Made by a program: the position numbers and the translations under genes. From Coleofasciculus sp. B1-GNL1-01 (lineage in GTDB: Bacteria; Cyanobacteriota; Cyanobacteriia; Cyanobacteriales; Coleofasciculaceae), in NCBI GenBank assembly GCA_040220235.1, contig JAVJTO010000118.1: DNA of 64,000 nucleotides. One strand, given 5' to 3'. Below, piece by piece: positions 10,482-19,512 of this stretch; position 1 is the first letter of the stretch, and every line of letters begins with the position of its first letter. The notes beneath the pieces are model-generated. The model made no database searches. It saw only the letters and a list, made by a program, of their open reading frames with translations, and was not told where the DNA came from.

Positions 10482-11399
10482 TCAGTAGTTCATAATCAAC
10501 AATTCATTAATCTGTCCTCGCTGCATTGCCTTACTATTAATATTACGTTTCGCTTTTACTCGTTTTATAGCGTATCCTGCATAAGCACTGTCAAAAAACT
10601 CATCTGTCGAATCTTCATTTTTGGGGTCAGAGTTACTCAAAATTAACTTAGCCCCCTTCTGATCAAGCACTTGAAAAAAATCTCGTAATCTTAATTGTGA
10701 CGAATCATCGAAAATTTCTTGAGAATAGGACGTAAAATTTGCCGTTTTGCTTAGAGGTCTATAGGGAGGATCGAAATAAACTAGAGAGTGATTATCCACA
10801 AACGCTTCAGAGTCGGTGAAATCTCCATAATGAATCTGAGTATTTTTCAGAATTTGAGCCACCGCTATCAGGTTATCTGTCTGACAAATTTTTGGATTTT
10901 TATAGCGACCGATTGGAACATTAAATTCTCCTTTGGAATTAACTCGGAACAATCCATTAAAACAGGTGCGGTTGAGAAAAATTAGGTGAGCGGTTCTCTC
11001 AACCCAGTCTGGATAATAGGTATGAAAGTCTATTTGTTGACGCTGTAGATTGAATTGAGAGCGGATTTGATAGAAATATTGCTTTCGTTCTTCGGCATCG
11101 AAAGATAAATATTTGTCTTGAAGCTTTGACAAAAGTTTAATCAAGTCTTCTACATTTTTCTGAATCGTCTTATACGCTAGAATGAGTTCAGGATTAATAT
11201 CACAAATAAAAAACTCTTCAATTTTACCCAACTGGGCAATATATAGAAATACTGCCCCACCACCGACAAAAGGTTCAATATATCGATTGATTTTTCCCTG
11301 ATTCAACTCCTCAGGCAAATTTTTATCAATTTCTTTAATGAGTTGGCTTTTCCCACCTGCCCATTTTAAAAAGGGTCTGGCTTGCATGGAATTTTTCAT
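10482..11399 (-). CDS. dam: Dam-family (D12 class) DNA adenine methyltransferase, orphan
   Basis: PFLKWAGGK, YIEPFVGGGAV, FNGLFRVN and DPPY motifs; no cognate endonuclease adjacent. Confidence 0.9.
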   Translation of the reverse strand: MKNSMQARPFLKWAGGKSQLIKEIDKNLPEELNQGKINRYIEPFVGGGAVFLYIAQLGKIEEFFICDINPELILAYKTIQKNVEDLIKLLSKLQDKYLSFDAEERKQYFYQIRSQFNLQRQQIDFHTYYPDWVERTAHLIFLNRTCFNGLFRVNSKGEFNVPIGRYKNPKICQTDNLIAVAQILKNTQIHYGDFTDSEAFVDNHSLVYFDPPYRPLSKTANFTSYSQEIFDDSSQLRLRDFFQVLDQKGAKLILSNSDPKNEDSTDEFFDSAYAGYAIKRVKAKRNINSKAMQRGQINELLIMNY

Positions 11400-11566
11400 T
11401 AACTAGAGAGATAAGATATAATTTTTCCGAGAATAGTGAAACCTGTTTTATTTTAGAATAAAATTCTAAATAATGAAAGCAAGGCTTTACCCAAAATTTA
11501 CACATAAACAAATCAGTCAATATTTGAGGAAGGGCGACCCGAAAAAATTGAGTGGATTGGAATTTC

Positions 11567-11842
11567 TCATTGGTGCGGCGGGTCGCCCCTACATATCTTA
11601 ATTTTATTAAATTCCTGGAAACTGTGGAAGAGATTGATACCTCGGACAGTACCGCCTTTAATGATATCAATCTGTCCAACAAGAGTAACAATGGAACGTT
11701 CTACCCCCAATGTGTCATCCGGTGTAATCTGAGTCAGGGTGGGATCAGGGAAAGACGCGATCGCACTCAACATCCCCAAGCCCCCAATTAACCACCAGCA
11801 CCAGGATTGGCGGATTGTAGCTGCTGCACTTTTGATATCCAT
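11567..11842 (-). pseudogene. Truncated filamentous-haemagglutinin N-terminal (TPS domain) gene fragment
   Basis: QITPDDTLG...IKGGTVRGINLFHSFQEFN matches the FHA N-terminal motif also seen at 30598 (GANLFHSFQEFG); frame ends inside a REP element at 11531-11592. Confidence 0.7.
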
Positions 11843-11991
11843 GTTTCGGCTTTTGCACCCTCAGTGAAGATCTGGATTTGCGATCGCCTATTGCGATACT
11901 CTGTTATTTTGCGGTTATCGAAGTAATGAAGTATACTTGTTTTCTTTGTTCCCCGTTCCCTATTCCCTAAATCTTAAACCTTTATCTCTAG

Positions 11992-13353
11992 ATGTTCGCG
12001 TTTCTGCCCATTTTTCACCTCGCCCAAGCTACCCCTACACCTCCACCCCCAGTGGAGATTGTACAGTCGCAAGATGTGCGTCCGTTACCGGGACAATTGG
12101 ATCAGGTTCCGGTTTTCAATAGCAATAGTCCCGAACTTGTGCAAACCGAGGGAATTTTACTCTCGACATTTCCTGGAAACAACAAAGCCACTCCTAGCGC
12201 CCACTTAAACTTTCCCTTTCAGGGGCGTTTTGATATCTTTGCCCATCATGTTGCTAAAGCGCCAACACCGGATGATTTACGGACGCTATATTTGGGACTA
12301 CTTGTGCATAATCCCGGTGAAGAATCGGTCACGGTTGATATTCTGCAAGCGGCTAGTTACTTAAGTCAACCCGATGCACCGTTTATCCAGTTACCGTCTC
12401 AGGTTAAGAATCCCCAAGGTACAGTATATGCAGGTCCTGGTAGTCGGGTAATGAGTGATATATTGAGAGGCTATCGCCAAGCCGAGTTTCCGCCGCAAGT
12501 GGTGATTCCGCCTCAACAAAGCCGCCTATTACTCAATTTACCGATTCCAGTGAAATCCTTGGAACCGCCAATTAATGGGCGTTCCACGTTAATGCGGTTA
12601 CGCAGTAATGGACAGGTATATCTAGCCAGTCTCGCCCGTTATGCACCCACCGATGAGACGGGAAATGAACGCGCCCCCACCCTGGTAGAATGGCAACAGC
12701 TATTGGATACAGGGGAATTAGCTAGACCACGCGATCGCGCCCCAACTCCACCAGACTCAACTACGGGTAATATTATCTATGGGCGGGTTGCAGGTGTGGC
12801 TCAAGGATCACAGTGGCAAACTCAGTTAACTGATAGTCCGAGTTCCCAGGTTTTGACGATTCCTGAACCGGGAAAAGCCTTTTCTTATGGATTAAGTACC
12901 TTACCCGGTGGACGTTTAGGTACTGATCAAAGCCAGAGTGCGAGGATGCTGGTACGTTATCCTGATACTGCCTATTTTGCCCATGGTAATTATGGCGTGC
13001 AATATAGTTTAACCTTACCGTTGGTGAATCCAACTCAGGAGACAAAAACAGTTACCGTATCCTTACAAACGCCTCTAAAACAAGAAGAAATTGAGGACGG
13101 ATTACGGTTTCTAGAACCTCCAGCCAACCAAGTCTTTTTCCGAGGAACAGTGCGACTCCGCTATAACGATGATGCGGGAGTTCCGCGCACAGGATATTGG
13201 CATTTAGTTCAACAGCGAGGACAAGAGGGGGAACCGTTAGTGACGCTAAAAATGCCCCCATCCAGTCAAAGATTAGTGCAATTTGATTTTTTGTATCCAC
13301 CCGATGCAACGCCACCACAAGTTTTAACAGTGGAAACGTTAGGTGTTAAGTAG
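11992..13353 (+). CDS. DUF3370 family cyanobacterial protein
   Basis: VPVFNSNSPE, GILLSTFP, IYGRVAGVAQGS, AHGNYGVQY and YPPDATPPQVLT motifs. Confidence 0.85.
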   Translation: MFAFLPIFHLAQATPTPPPPVEIVQSQDVRPLPGQLDQVPVFNSNSPELVQTEGILLSTFPGNNKATPSAHLNFPFQGRFDIFAHHVAKAPTPDDLRTLYLGLLVHNPGEESVTVDILQAASYLSQPDAPFIQLPSQVKNPQGTVYAGPGSRVMSDILRGYRQAEFPPQVVIPPQQSRLLLNLPIPVKSLEPPINGRSTLMRLRSNGQVYLASLARYAPTDETGNERAPTLVEWQQLLDTGELARPRDRAPTPPDSTTGNIIYGRVAGVAQGSQWQTQLTDSPSSQVLTIPEPGKAFSYGLSTLPGGRLGTDQSQSARMLVRYPDTAYFAHGNYGVQYSLTLPLVNPTQETKTVTVSLQTPLKQEEIEDGLRFLEPPANQVFFRGTVRLRYNDDAGVPRTGYWHLVQQRGQEGEPLVTLKMPPSSQRLVQFDFLYPPDATPPQVLTVETLGVK

Positions 13354-13683
13354 GGCTTACTGCACAACCCGGAAACCCTGATCCATCAATACTTTGAGGC
13401 GTCTGGACAGTGGATAAAGTGCTAAGTAAGCTGTTCGGCATTTAAACCTTAATGTCAATAATGGTGAAATCCTTGTAGTGCGTTTAGCGAAGCCATGCCG
13501 AAGGCTTTAGCGAAGCCATGCCGCAGGCTTTGCATCTTGCTCGCTACTAATACCCAATTTAAATGCATAACAGCTTATGGCATCACCTTGCTCAGGGAAA
13601 ATGTACCCTTGCTCCCCCAGCTCCCCCAGCTCCCCCAGCTTCCCCTGCTCCCCCTCACCTCACCACTTATTCAGCAAGCCCTA
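13351..13683. mobile_element. Nested MITE-like elements (outer TAGGGCTTACTG...CAGCAAGCCCTA; inner TAAGCTGT...ACAGCTTA at 13427-13577)
   Basis: Two pairs of terminal inverted repeats; the inner element is homologous to 1-171 and 17268-17392. Confidence 0.65.
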
Positions 13684-13723
13684 AGTAGGTGGGGACAATT
13701 AAAGTTGTTATTTGTCTTATGTC

Positions 13724-15136
13724 TTATGTCATTGTTTTTTGATAAAATTGCCAGGTTTGTTCGATATCCTGTCTCATGCGCTGTCGCAACTCATTCGGGA
13801 ACATGACTTCTACCTTGGGTCCCCAAGCGCGGAGTCGCATGATTACGGTATTGTCCTGATGCCGATAGCGAAGTGCGTAATAAGCGGCATCAGAATAGGT
13901 GTGAATATGAGCTAGGATCTGTCGGGGATTGGGTAAGTTTAAGTGTTCAATTAATACCAGTGCTTCTTGGTAACTATCCAGTTTCTCAAAAGTCGGATGA
14001 CGGAAGGAGTTGTCGATGTAACGCTGGGCAAAATCAGCATCAAACCGCAGCAGGGTTAAGTCGGATTTTTCATAGAAATCAAAGCCATAAGCGGCGTCTA
14101 ATTCCTGTTGAATATAAGCAGGCGCATAGTTTTCCGGATGGTTGATAATCTCTGATTTTGAGAAAGGGAGATCGGGAGTATCCCAAGGCAGTTTTTGATA
14201 CTTGCTTATCCGTTCTAAACGGTAGTTATACCATCCCACTGGCGCTTGGGTTGCTGTTTTATGCGGTCTTTGACCAAAGGCGCAGAGGTAGTAAGCTCTC
14301 TGATAATAATACAGGCAAACTGGATAAATGGTGTAGTTTTTAGTTTGATTTAAGGAAGCACTGTGATAGGCAATTTGCAGCGGTGGGGTAGGCGTCTCTT
14401 GCCAAATTTCTTTGAGGCGATCGGCTAAATCCGCTGAGGTTTCCCGCAATTCTTCCTTAACTACATAGTCATGATGGATAAATAAGCGTTGTTCGCCATT
14501 AATTTTTGTGAATAACAGTTGGGCAATAGTCGATACATCATTGGTAAAAAATCCTAAGGTTCCTGCATAGGAAAAATTAGGGTCGGTCGTGAATGGTTCA
14601 AGGATAGCAGCCGTTGACCGTTTGCGGAATTTGTGAATTGGCTTTTTGGTTGTTGTTTGGGGATTGATCAGTTGTCGCTCTAGGAACGGAGTTTTAAGTT
14701 GAGACAACTGAGTTAGGTGATTGCGTAAGGTACGGTCAGTTGCCGAAAAAATGGCAGTTGATAAGAGTTTGTCAATATCATTTCCCTCTAACGTATATCG
14801 AGATTTTAAGGTAGCAATGAATTGATTGGTGAAGGATTCGGTATATTCGGGAAATAGCCAATCGGAGAAAGAACGAGTTTTATAATGATCAACTTTTTCC
14901 TTGAACTTCTTTAACCAATCCGCACAGTTAAAGAGTTCAGTTTCAAATTCGATAAAGAAGTGACTATCGCGGTCATACAACGACCGGATCATGACCCACC
15001 GTCGAGCGTCACAGGCTAAAAGTGTGAGGCAATTTTTGGATTGGGTTGGAGCCGATGGATGATTAGAAACTTGCAATAGTTCTGGTACAAGGGTTTCTAA
15101 GCAGTGGACGGTGGGCAGAAATTCTTCAGCAGACAT
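13724..15136 (-). CDS. CRISPR-associated WYL-domain regulator (cyanobacterial TIGR03985/Sll7078-like)
   Basis: HTH-like TDRTLRNHLTQL; WYL region YPVCLYYYQRAYYLCAFG...WYNYRLERI; C-terminal MRLRAWGPKVEV; divergent from the cas operon; start chosen at ATG (MSAEEFLP). Confidence 0.8.
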   Translation of the reverse strand: MSAEEFLPTVHCLETLVPELLQVSNHPSAPTQSKNCLTLLACDARRWVMIRSLYDRDSHFFIEFETELFNCADWLKKFKEKVDHYKTRSFSDWLFPEYTESFTNQFIATLKSRYTLEGNDIDKLLSTAIFSATDRTLRNHLTQLSQLKTPFLERQLINPQTTTKKPIHKFRKRSTAAILEPFTTDPNFSYAGTLGFFTNDVSTIAQLLFTKINGEQRLFIHHDYVVKEELRETSADLADRLKEIWQETPTPPLQIAYHSASLNQTKNYTIYPVCLYYYQRAYYLCAFGQRPHKTATQAPVGWYNYRLERISKYQKLPWDTPDLPFSKSEIINHPENYAPAYIQQELDAAYGFDFYEKSDLTLLRFDADFAQRYIDNSFRHPTFEKLDSYQEALVLIEHLNLPNPRQILAHIHTYSDAAYYALRYRHQDNTVIMRLRAWGPKVEVMFPNELRQRMRQDIEQTWQFYQKTMT

Positions 15137-15336
15137 GGAGTGATGGGAGGTAATGACTAGCTTCTGATTATAGTCGTTGCTGGTAGCCCCCTTTTCCAAC
15201 AGATTTAATGTCTATATGTAGTGGACTGACACACAGGACTTACGCAAAAACGCTACATATAGTAGGGGCACGGCAATGCCCATTGGTGTCAACTTAAGCT
15301 CAACCCCTCTCCCCCAGCCCCTCTCCCACGCCGGGG

Positions 15337-16795
15337 CTATGCATTACCCACATCTTTCTTAAACATTGTGCGATCGCGTCGCGATCTGGCTGGACTGAGC
15401 AGAGTTGTGCAGTCTAAGTCAGTACAGTTTCTGGTTTTGGGATGCGATCGCGTTTCGGGATGGGATTGCCTGACTGGATGTATCAGGAGCCAGAGCCTAT
15501 AATTCCTGCTTGTGGCATTCGCATCTGAAAATAAATAAATGAAAGAACTTCGATGGGCAGCCCAAGAATTGCGGTACACCAACTTAGGTGATGCTCGGCG
15601 AAATCAACGCCTGGTTAAAATTGTCGAAGACTTAGCCGAACAGCCTAATGAAAGCATTCCAACGGCTTGTGGAAATTGGGCAGCAACCAAAGCTACCTAC
15701 AACTTGTGGAAATCACCACGCATCAAACCCGATGACATCCGTTCGTCTCATCAAATCAGTACTGTGGAGCGGTCAAAAGAGCATAGTATTGTCTTGGCAA
15801 TACAAGACACAACAGATCTCAACTTCACTCACCATGAAAGTCAATGCTGGCTAAGTGCTTCCGTTGCGACCGAGTTAGCCTTACCTGAAGACATAGAGGT
15901 GGTGACGATTGCCGATCGCGAAGCGGATATTTACGATTTATTTGCCATGACTCGTCAAACGCGATCGCATCTATTGATCCGAGGTACTCATAATCGTCGT
16001 GTTGACCATCAAGCCAAGTATTTGCACGCCAGCATTGAGCAAGCGCCAGTAGCTGGATTTGTCACCATTACTGTACCTCGTAACGGGAGGGCGACCCCAG
16101 AGGCAAGCTACCCTAACCGTTCGCTTTGCTACCCTAGATATACAACCACCTCGCCATCATCTTCAAAGAGCTAAACTCTCTCCAGTTACTCTTCAAGTGG
16201 TATTAGCCACGCTCATCTAATCCACCCAAGGATACCACACCCATTTGCTGGTTATTGTTAACAACCCTACCTGTCAATAGTTTTGATGAAGCTGTCCAAT
16301 GTATACGATGGTACTCTTTTCGCTGGCTGATTGAACGCTATCACTACGTTCTTAAAAGCGGTTGTCACCTCGAACAACTACAATTGGAAACACGAGAGCG
16401 TATTGAGTGTGCTTTGGCTACTTATTCCATTGTTGCTTGGCGCTTATTGTGGCTCACTTATCAAGCTCGCTCTAGTCCTGATACACCTTGCGATACGGTT
16501 TTACAGACCCATGAGTGGCAAGCTCTCTATTGTACTATTCACTCTCAACCTATACCTCCACAACAACCTCCTTCTCTCCGGCAAGCCGTTGGTTGGATTG
16601 CTCAACTCGGCGGTTTCTTAGGGCGTAAACATGATGGTGAACCTGGAGTCAAAACTATTTGGCGCGGTGAAGAGAGACTACAAGATATCGCTGCTACCTG
16701 GCAGTTACTTCACTCCTAGCTATTAAGTTCCATTTTAACTAACGGCTTGAAAACGCGATCGCACAATGTTTAAGAAAGATGTGGGTAATGCATAG
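15337..16795 (+). mobile_element. IS4-family (IS50/Tn5-like) insertion sequence, decayed
   Basis: 43-bp perfect terminal inverted repeats CTATGCATTACCCACATCTTTCTTAAACATTGTGCGATCGCGT (15337-15379 / 16753-16795). Confidence 0.92.
15539..16719 (+). pseudogene. IS4-family transposase pseudogene (internal deletion and frameshifts)
   Basis: LGDARRNQRL, QDTT, ADREADIY, RWLIERYHYVLKSG and LGGFLGRKHDGEPG motifs split over two ORFs (15539-16174, 16255-16719); the segment between QDTT and ES.WL is unusually short. Confidence 0.88.
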
Positions 16796-17267
16796 CCCAC
16801 CAGGGGAGAGGGGAGCAAGAAAGATAAAAGGGTGTTCTTTTCCCTGATACTAGAAGCGGTTTTATGTAATGGTTCCCCTTCTTTCCCCCCCCATTTCAAA
16901 GAGGTAGAAAGAAGAGAGAGGAGAGCAGCGATAACCTTTCAACACTATCCGCCCTTGCCTAAATTAGCAGTAGATTGGGTCGGAAATAATCGACAATAAA
17001 CAAGAATTTATTTCAGCCTCAAAGAAGCGAAAAATTTGTGATAGCTTGCGCTTTTTTTAGGGGACGATGGAACAATAAGTAGTCGGACAAAAGAAAACGG
17101 TACGCTCCAACAAGTGCAAGTAAATCGCCGTCAAACCCTTACTGTTCCCGGTTAAGAGTTCCCTAATCTCATTTGAGTAACCGCCGCTACACAGACCGAA
17201 TCCGTGATTTTTTTCTATTTCCGCGTCGGCGGACTTTTTTGGTAGGGTTCCGCGATTTTAATGGCTA

Positions 17268-17491
17268 AAGCTGTAATGCATTTAAATGGGGTATTAGTAG
17301 CGAGCAAGATGCTCAATGTAGTGAGCAAGATGCTCACACTACGACAAGGATCTCGCAATTCTTGACATTATGGTTTAAATGCCGAACAGCTCAAAGCTTT
17401 GTCAACACTGACATCATCTAGGTTCGTAGTCAGCACTTTAGTGCCTTAAGCGCTGAAGCGCTGACTACAAACTTTTAAATTAGCGACATTC
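17268..17491. mobile_element. Two adjacent MITE/REP-like elements (17268-17392 AAGCTGT family; ~17401-17491 GTTCGTAGT...CTACAAAC family)
   Basis: Homology to 13427-13577 (inverted) and to 37431-37505 and 40645-40734. Confidence 0.7.
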
Positions 17492-17587
17492 ACCTCCTAA
17501 CAAGAGGTTATGACCCGACATTCGGATGTTCGTCAAGGCTGACTTTGCCAGGTTTTAACACCTTTACCTCCTCACAGAGGTCGTGAC
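17492..17587 (-). CRISPR. Minimal CRISPR array: one intact 36-nt repeat (GTCACGACCTCTGTGAGGAGGTAAAGGTGTTAAAAC, 17552-17587), one 37-nt spacer (17515-17551), one degenerate truncated repeat (17492-17514)
   Basis: Repeat has GT...AAAC ends and an ACCTC/GAGGT hairpin; the second copy matches 19 of 23 aligned positions at 73-bp spacing; abuts a leader-like sequence and cas genes. Confidence 0.7.
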
Positions 17588-17770
17588 CCCTCCATTTAAA
17601 ACCCTTACCCCGCCTAATGTCCAGAGGCAGTTTGCGAAGCTTACCGATTTTGTCCTTCCAAACCCCCCACAATTCCCGAAAAAAATCGCTAGAATCCTTA
17701 CCAGACAAGGCGGCGAAGTTTCCAACGAAAGAATAGGCATTTCAGCGATTTTGGTTAACCCTCGCAATTT
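17588..17770 (-). promoter_or_regulatory. CRISPR leader-like sequence
   Basis: Directly adjoins the repeat; resembles cyanobacterial leaders (TTCGCAAACTGCCTCTGGACA...GTAAGGGTTTTAAA on the minus strand); has a diverged homolog at 24505-24665. Confidence 0.6.
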
Positions 17771-17852
17771 GTGCAATGGTCACAAGACCCGAAACAACCC
17801 ATTGAGTCAAGCTATAGTTGAAAAAGTATCATCCGGCTACCCCCCAACTATC

Positions 17853-19373
17853 ATGCTACCCTTACCCACAGAACTCCCCCAGTGGTACACCGTTGAACCC
17901 ACAGAAGAGAAAGGATGGACTCCCAAAACCAGTGACATTCTAGAAAAGCCGGAAAATCAAGATATCATTCAGGCGTGGAAAGGAACATTTGAACCAAACC
18001 CCTCCCATACCTACACCATTCGTCTAGATAACCTACAAGTTATCAGTCCCATTCAAGTCGGAGGTGGACGCTTTCCTGAAGGTGGCATATTACCCGCCCA
18101 AATTAGCGGTGTTCCCTATATTCCGGGTTCCAGTGTTCGAGGTGCTTTCCTGCATTGGCTACAGGTGAAATGGCAGGATTTATCCACGGCTGAACAAGAA
18201 TTTTGGTCAACTCTATTGACCGCTAATCGCCAAAGCTGGCAACCGCGAACGATTCGATTTGAAAGTATTCGTTTAAAAAACCTTAAACCCTTTCCCCTAA
18301 ATCCGCAACAACCCTGGCAGGTTTTCAATCAAAAAAGCAACAAACTAGGGATACAATGGCAAGTTTCCCCTCACCATCCGCTTCGTCCTAGTCCCGATAG
18401 ATTCTGTCTGCAAGTCTTACTCCACGATAATCCCACTCCTGAACAAAAATCTTGGCTGGAAAACCGACTCACAGAAATGTTACAAGAACAAGGACTTGGA
18501 CGAGGTACAGCTTCCGGTTTTGGTCGCTTAGCCAAATCTGTACCATCGGGACAGTGGGAACTCCAATTAACTGGAATGAAACCCGGTGTTCAACCCCACA
18601 GTCCCAAAGATAAACAAATAGGCAAATATCGTTGGAGTCCGCAAGTGCTACGGGCTAACTTACGCGGTTATTTTACTCGTTTAGCCCTTTATTTATTAAA
18701 CCGCGATCGCGCCGAAAAATTGACGAGTATAATTTTTGGGGGGTTGGGGTGTCCGGCTCAATTAAGGTTAACCAGTTACCTGAAGCAGGTTGTCAAACCC
18801 CGTCCTGGAGATATACCCAGCAATAGTTACACCAATATTCCCGCCCAAGATGCTCATCAAACCTGGCGAATTTCTGTTAACTGTAATTCCCCCTTTCAAG
18901 ACTTAGTGGGTGGATTACTGGATTTAGCGAGTCGTTTGGGGGGAATGGGTCCGGGTTGGCGCAGACCCCCGCATCAGTTGGAACGGTTTAATGGGTTTCG
19001 GGGGAGTGAATTTACCGTCACGCCTGCGAACTCTGAGCAACTGTTAAATGAGTTAATTGATTCTCTCAAAGATGTGATTAGGAATTTGGCGCAAAGGTAT
19101 GGCTTACGGCTTTTGCCTAATCCAGTTTCTGTTCCAGGTAGTATTATCAGCATTTGGCGGGGAAAATCAGACCAGTGGCGCGATATTGTCCATGGTGTTT
19201 GCAGTACCACGGCTAAGAATCGTCCGGATTGGTGTGGAAATACTCAGAATCGCCCGTCGGGTTATGCTGTGCGACACTATGAAAGTTATTGTCTGATTAC
19301 TGTATTTGATTCTAGGGTGGAAGCGACGTTAAGACGACAAGGTTTTCAGTCGATTTGGTCGGGGATATCTTGA
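17853..19373 (+). CDS. Type III-B RAMP fusion protein, Cmr6-like plus Cmr1-like (two Cas7-group domains)
   Basis: N-part SPIQVGGG...GVPYIPGSSVRGAF...QGLGRGTASGFG; C-part LRANLRGYFTRLAL...IFGG...LGGMGPGWRRP. The upstream extension from 17583 runs through the leader, so the start is set at ATG 17853. Confidence 0.8.
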   Translation: MLPLPTELPQWYTVEPTEEKGWTPKTSDILEKPENQDIIQAWKGTFEPNPSHTYTIRLDNLQVISPIQVGGGRFPEGGILPAQISGVPYIPGSSVRGAFLHWLQVKWQDLSTAEQEFWSTLLTANRQSWQPRTIRFESIRLKNLKPFPLNPQQPWQVFNQKSNKLGIQWQVSPHHPLRPSPDRFCLQVLLHDNPTPEQKSWLENRLTEMLQEQGLGRGTASGFGRLAKSVPSGQWELQLTGMKPGVQPHSPKDKQIGKYRWSPQVLRANLRGYFTRLALYLLNRDRAEKLTSIIFGGLGCPAQLRLTSYLKQVVKPRPGDIPSNSYTNIPAQDAHQTWRISVNCNSPFQDLVGGLLDLASRLGGMGPGWRRPPHQLERFNGFRGSEFTVTPANSEQLLNELIDSLKDVIRNLAQRYGLRLLPNPVSVPGSIISIWRGKSDQWRDIVHGVCSTTAKNRPDWCGNTQNRPSGYAVRHYESYCLITVFDSRVEATLRRQGFQSIWSGIS

Positions 19374-19382
19374 TTGAGCAAC

Positions 19383-19501
19383 GTAATAGGTTTCTAATGT
19401 AAATTAGGATGGGTGGCGAAGACAGCGCTTACTACGAACGCCTAAGTAATAGGTCTCTAGTGTAAATTAGGACAAGTAGCGCTAAAGCGCTTACTACGAA
19501 C
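19383..19501. repeat. Imperfect tandem duplication, period 63 bp, each unit ending in a REP-like AGCGCTTACTACGAAC
   Basis: GTAATAGGTYTCTARTGTAAATTAGGA...AGCGCTTACTACGAAC at 19383 and 19446. Confidence 0.8.
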
Positions 19502-19512
19502 GGAGTTTGATC

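Noticed and set aside
10482..11399. dam as part of a restriction-modification or defence island
   Set aside because: No endonuclease adjacent; orphan GATC methylases are common in HIP1-rich cyanobacteria
13495..13806. 103-aa ORF with PQL repeats
   Set aside because: Derived from nested MITE and 9-bp tandem repeat DNA
16820..17267. Possible further eroded CRISPR repeats (CAAAGAGGTAG at ~16897, CCTCAAAGAAGCGA at ~17017)
   Set aside because: Matches are too short and the spacing does not fit a ~73-bp period
17515..17551. Self-targeting by the spacer within the window
   Set aside because: Only 8-nt or shorter coincidences seen by eye (e.g. AAAGTCAG with a MITE end); not significant without a search
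17583..17852. N-terminal 90-aa extension of the RAMP ORF
   Set aside because: Overlaps the CRISPR repeat and leader; ATG 17853 is the more plausible start
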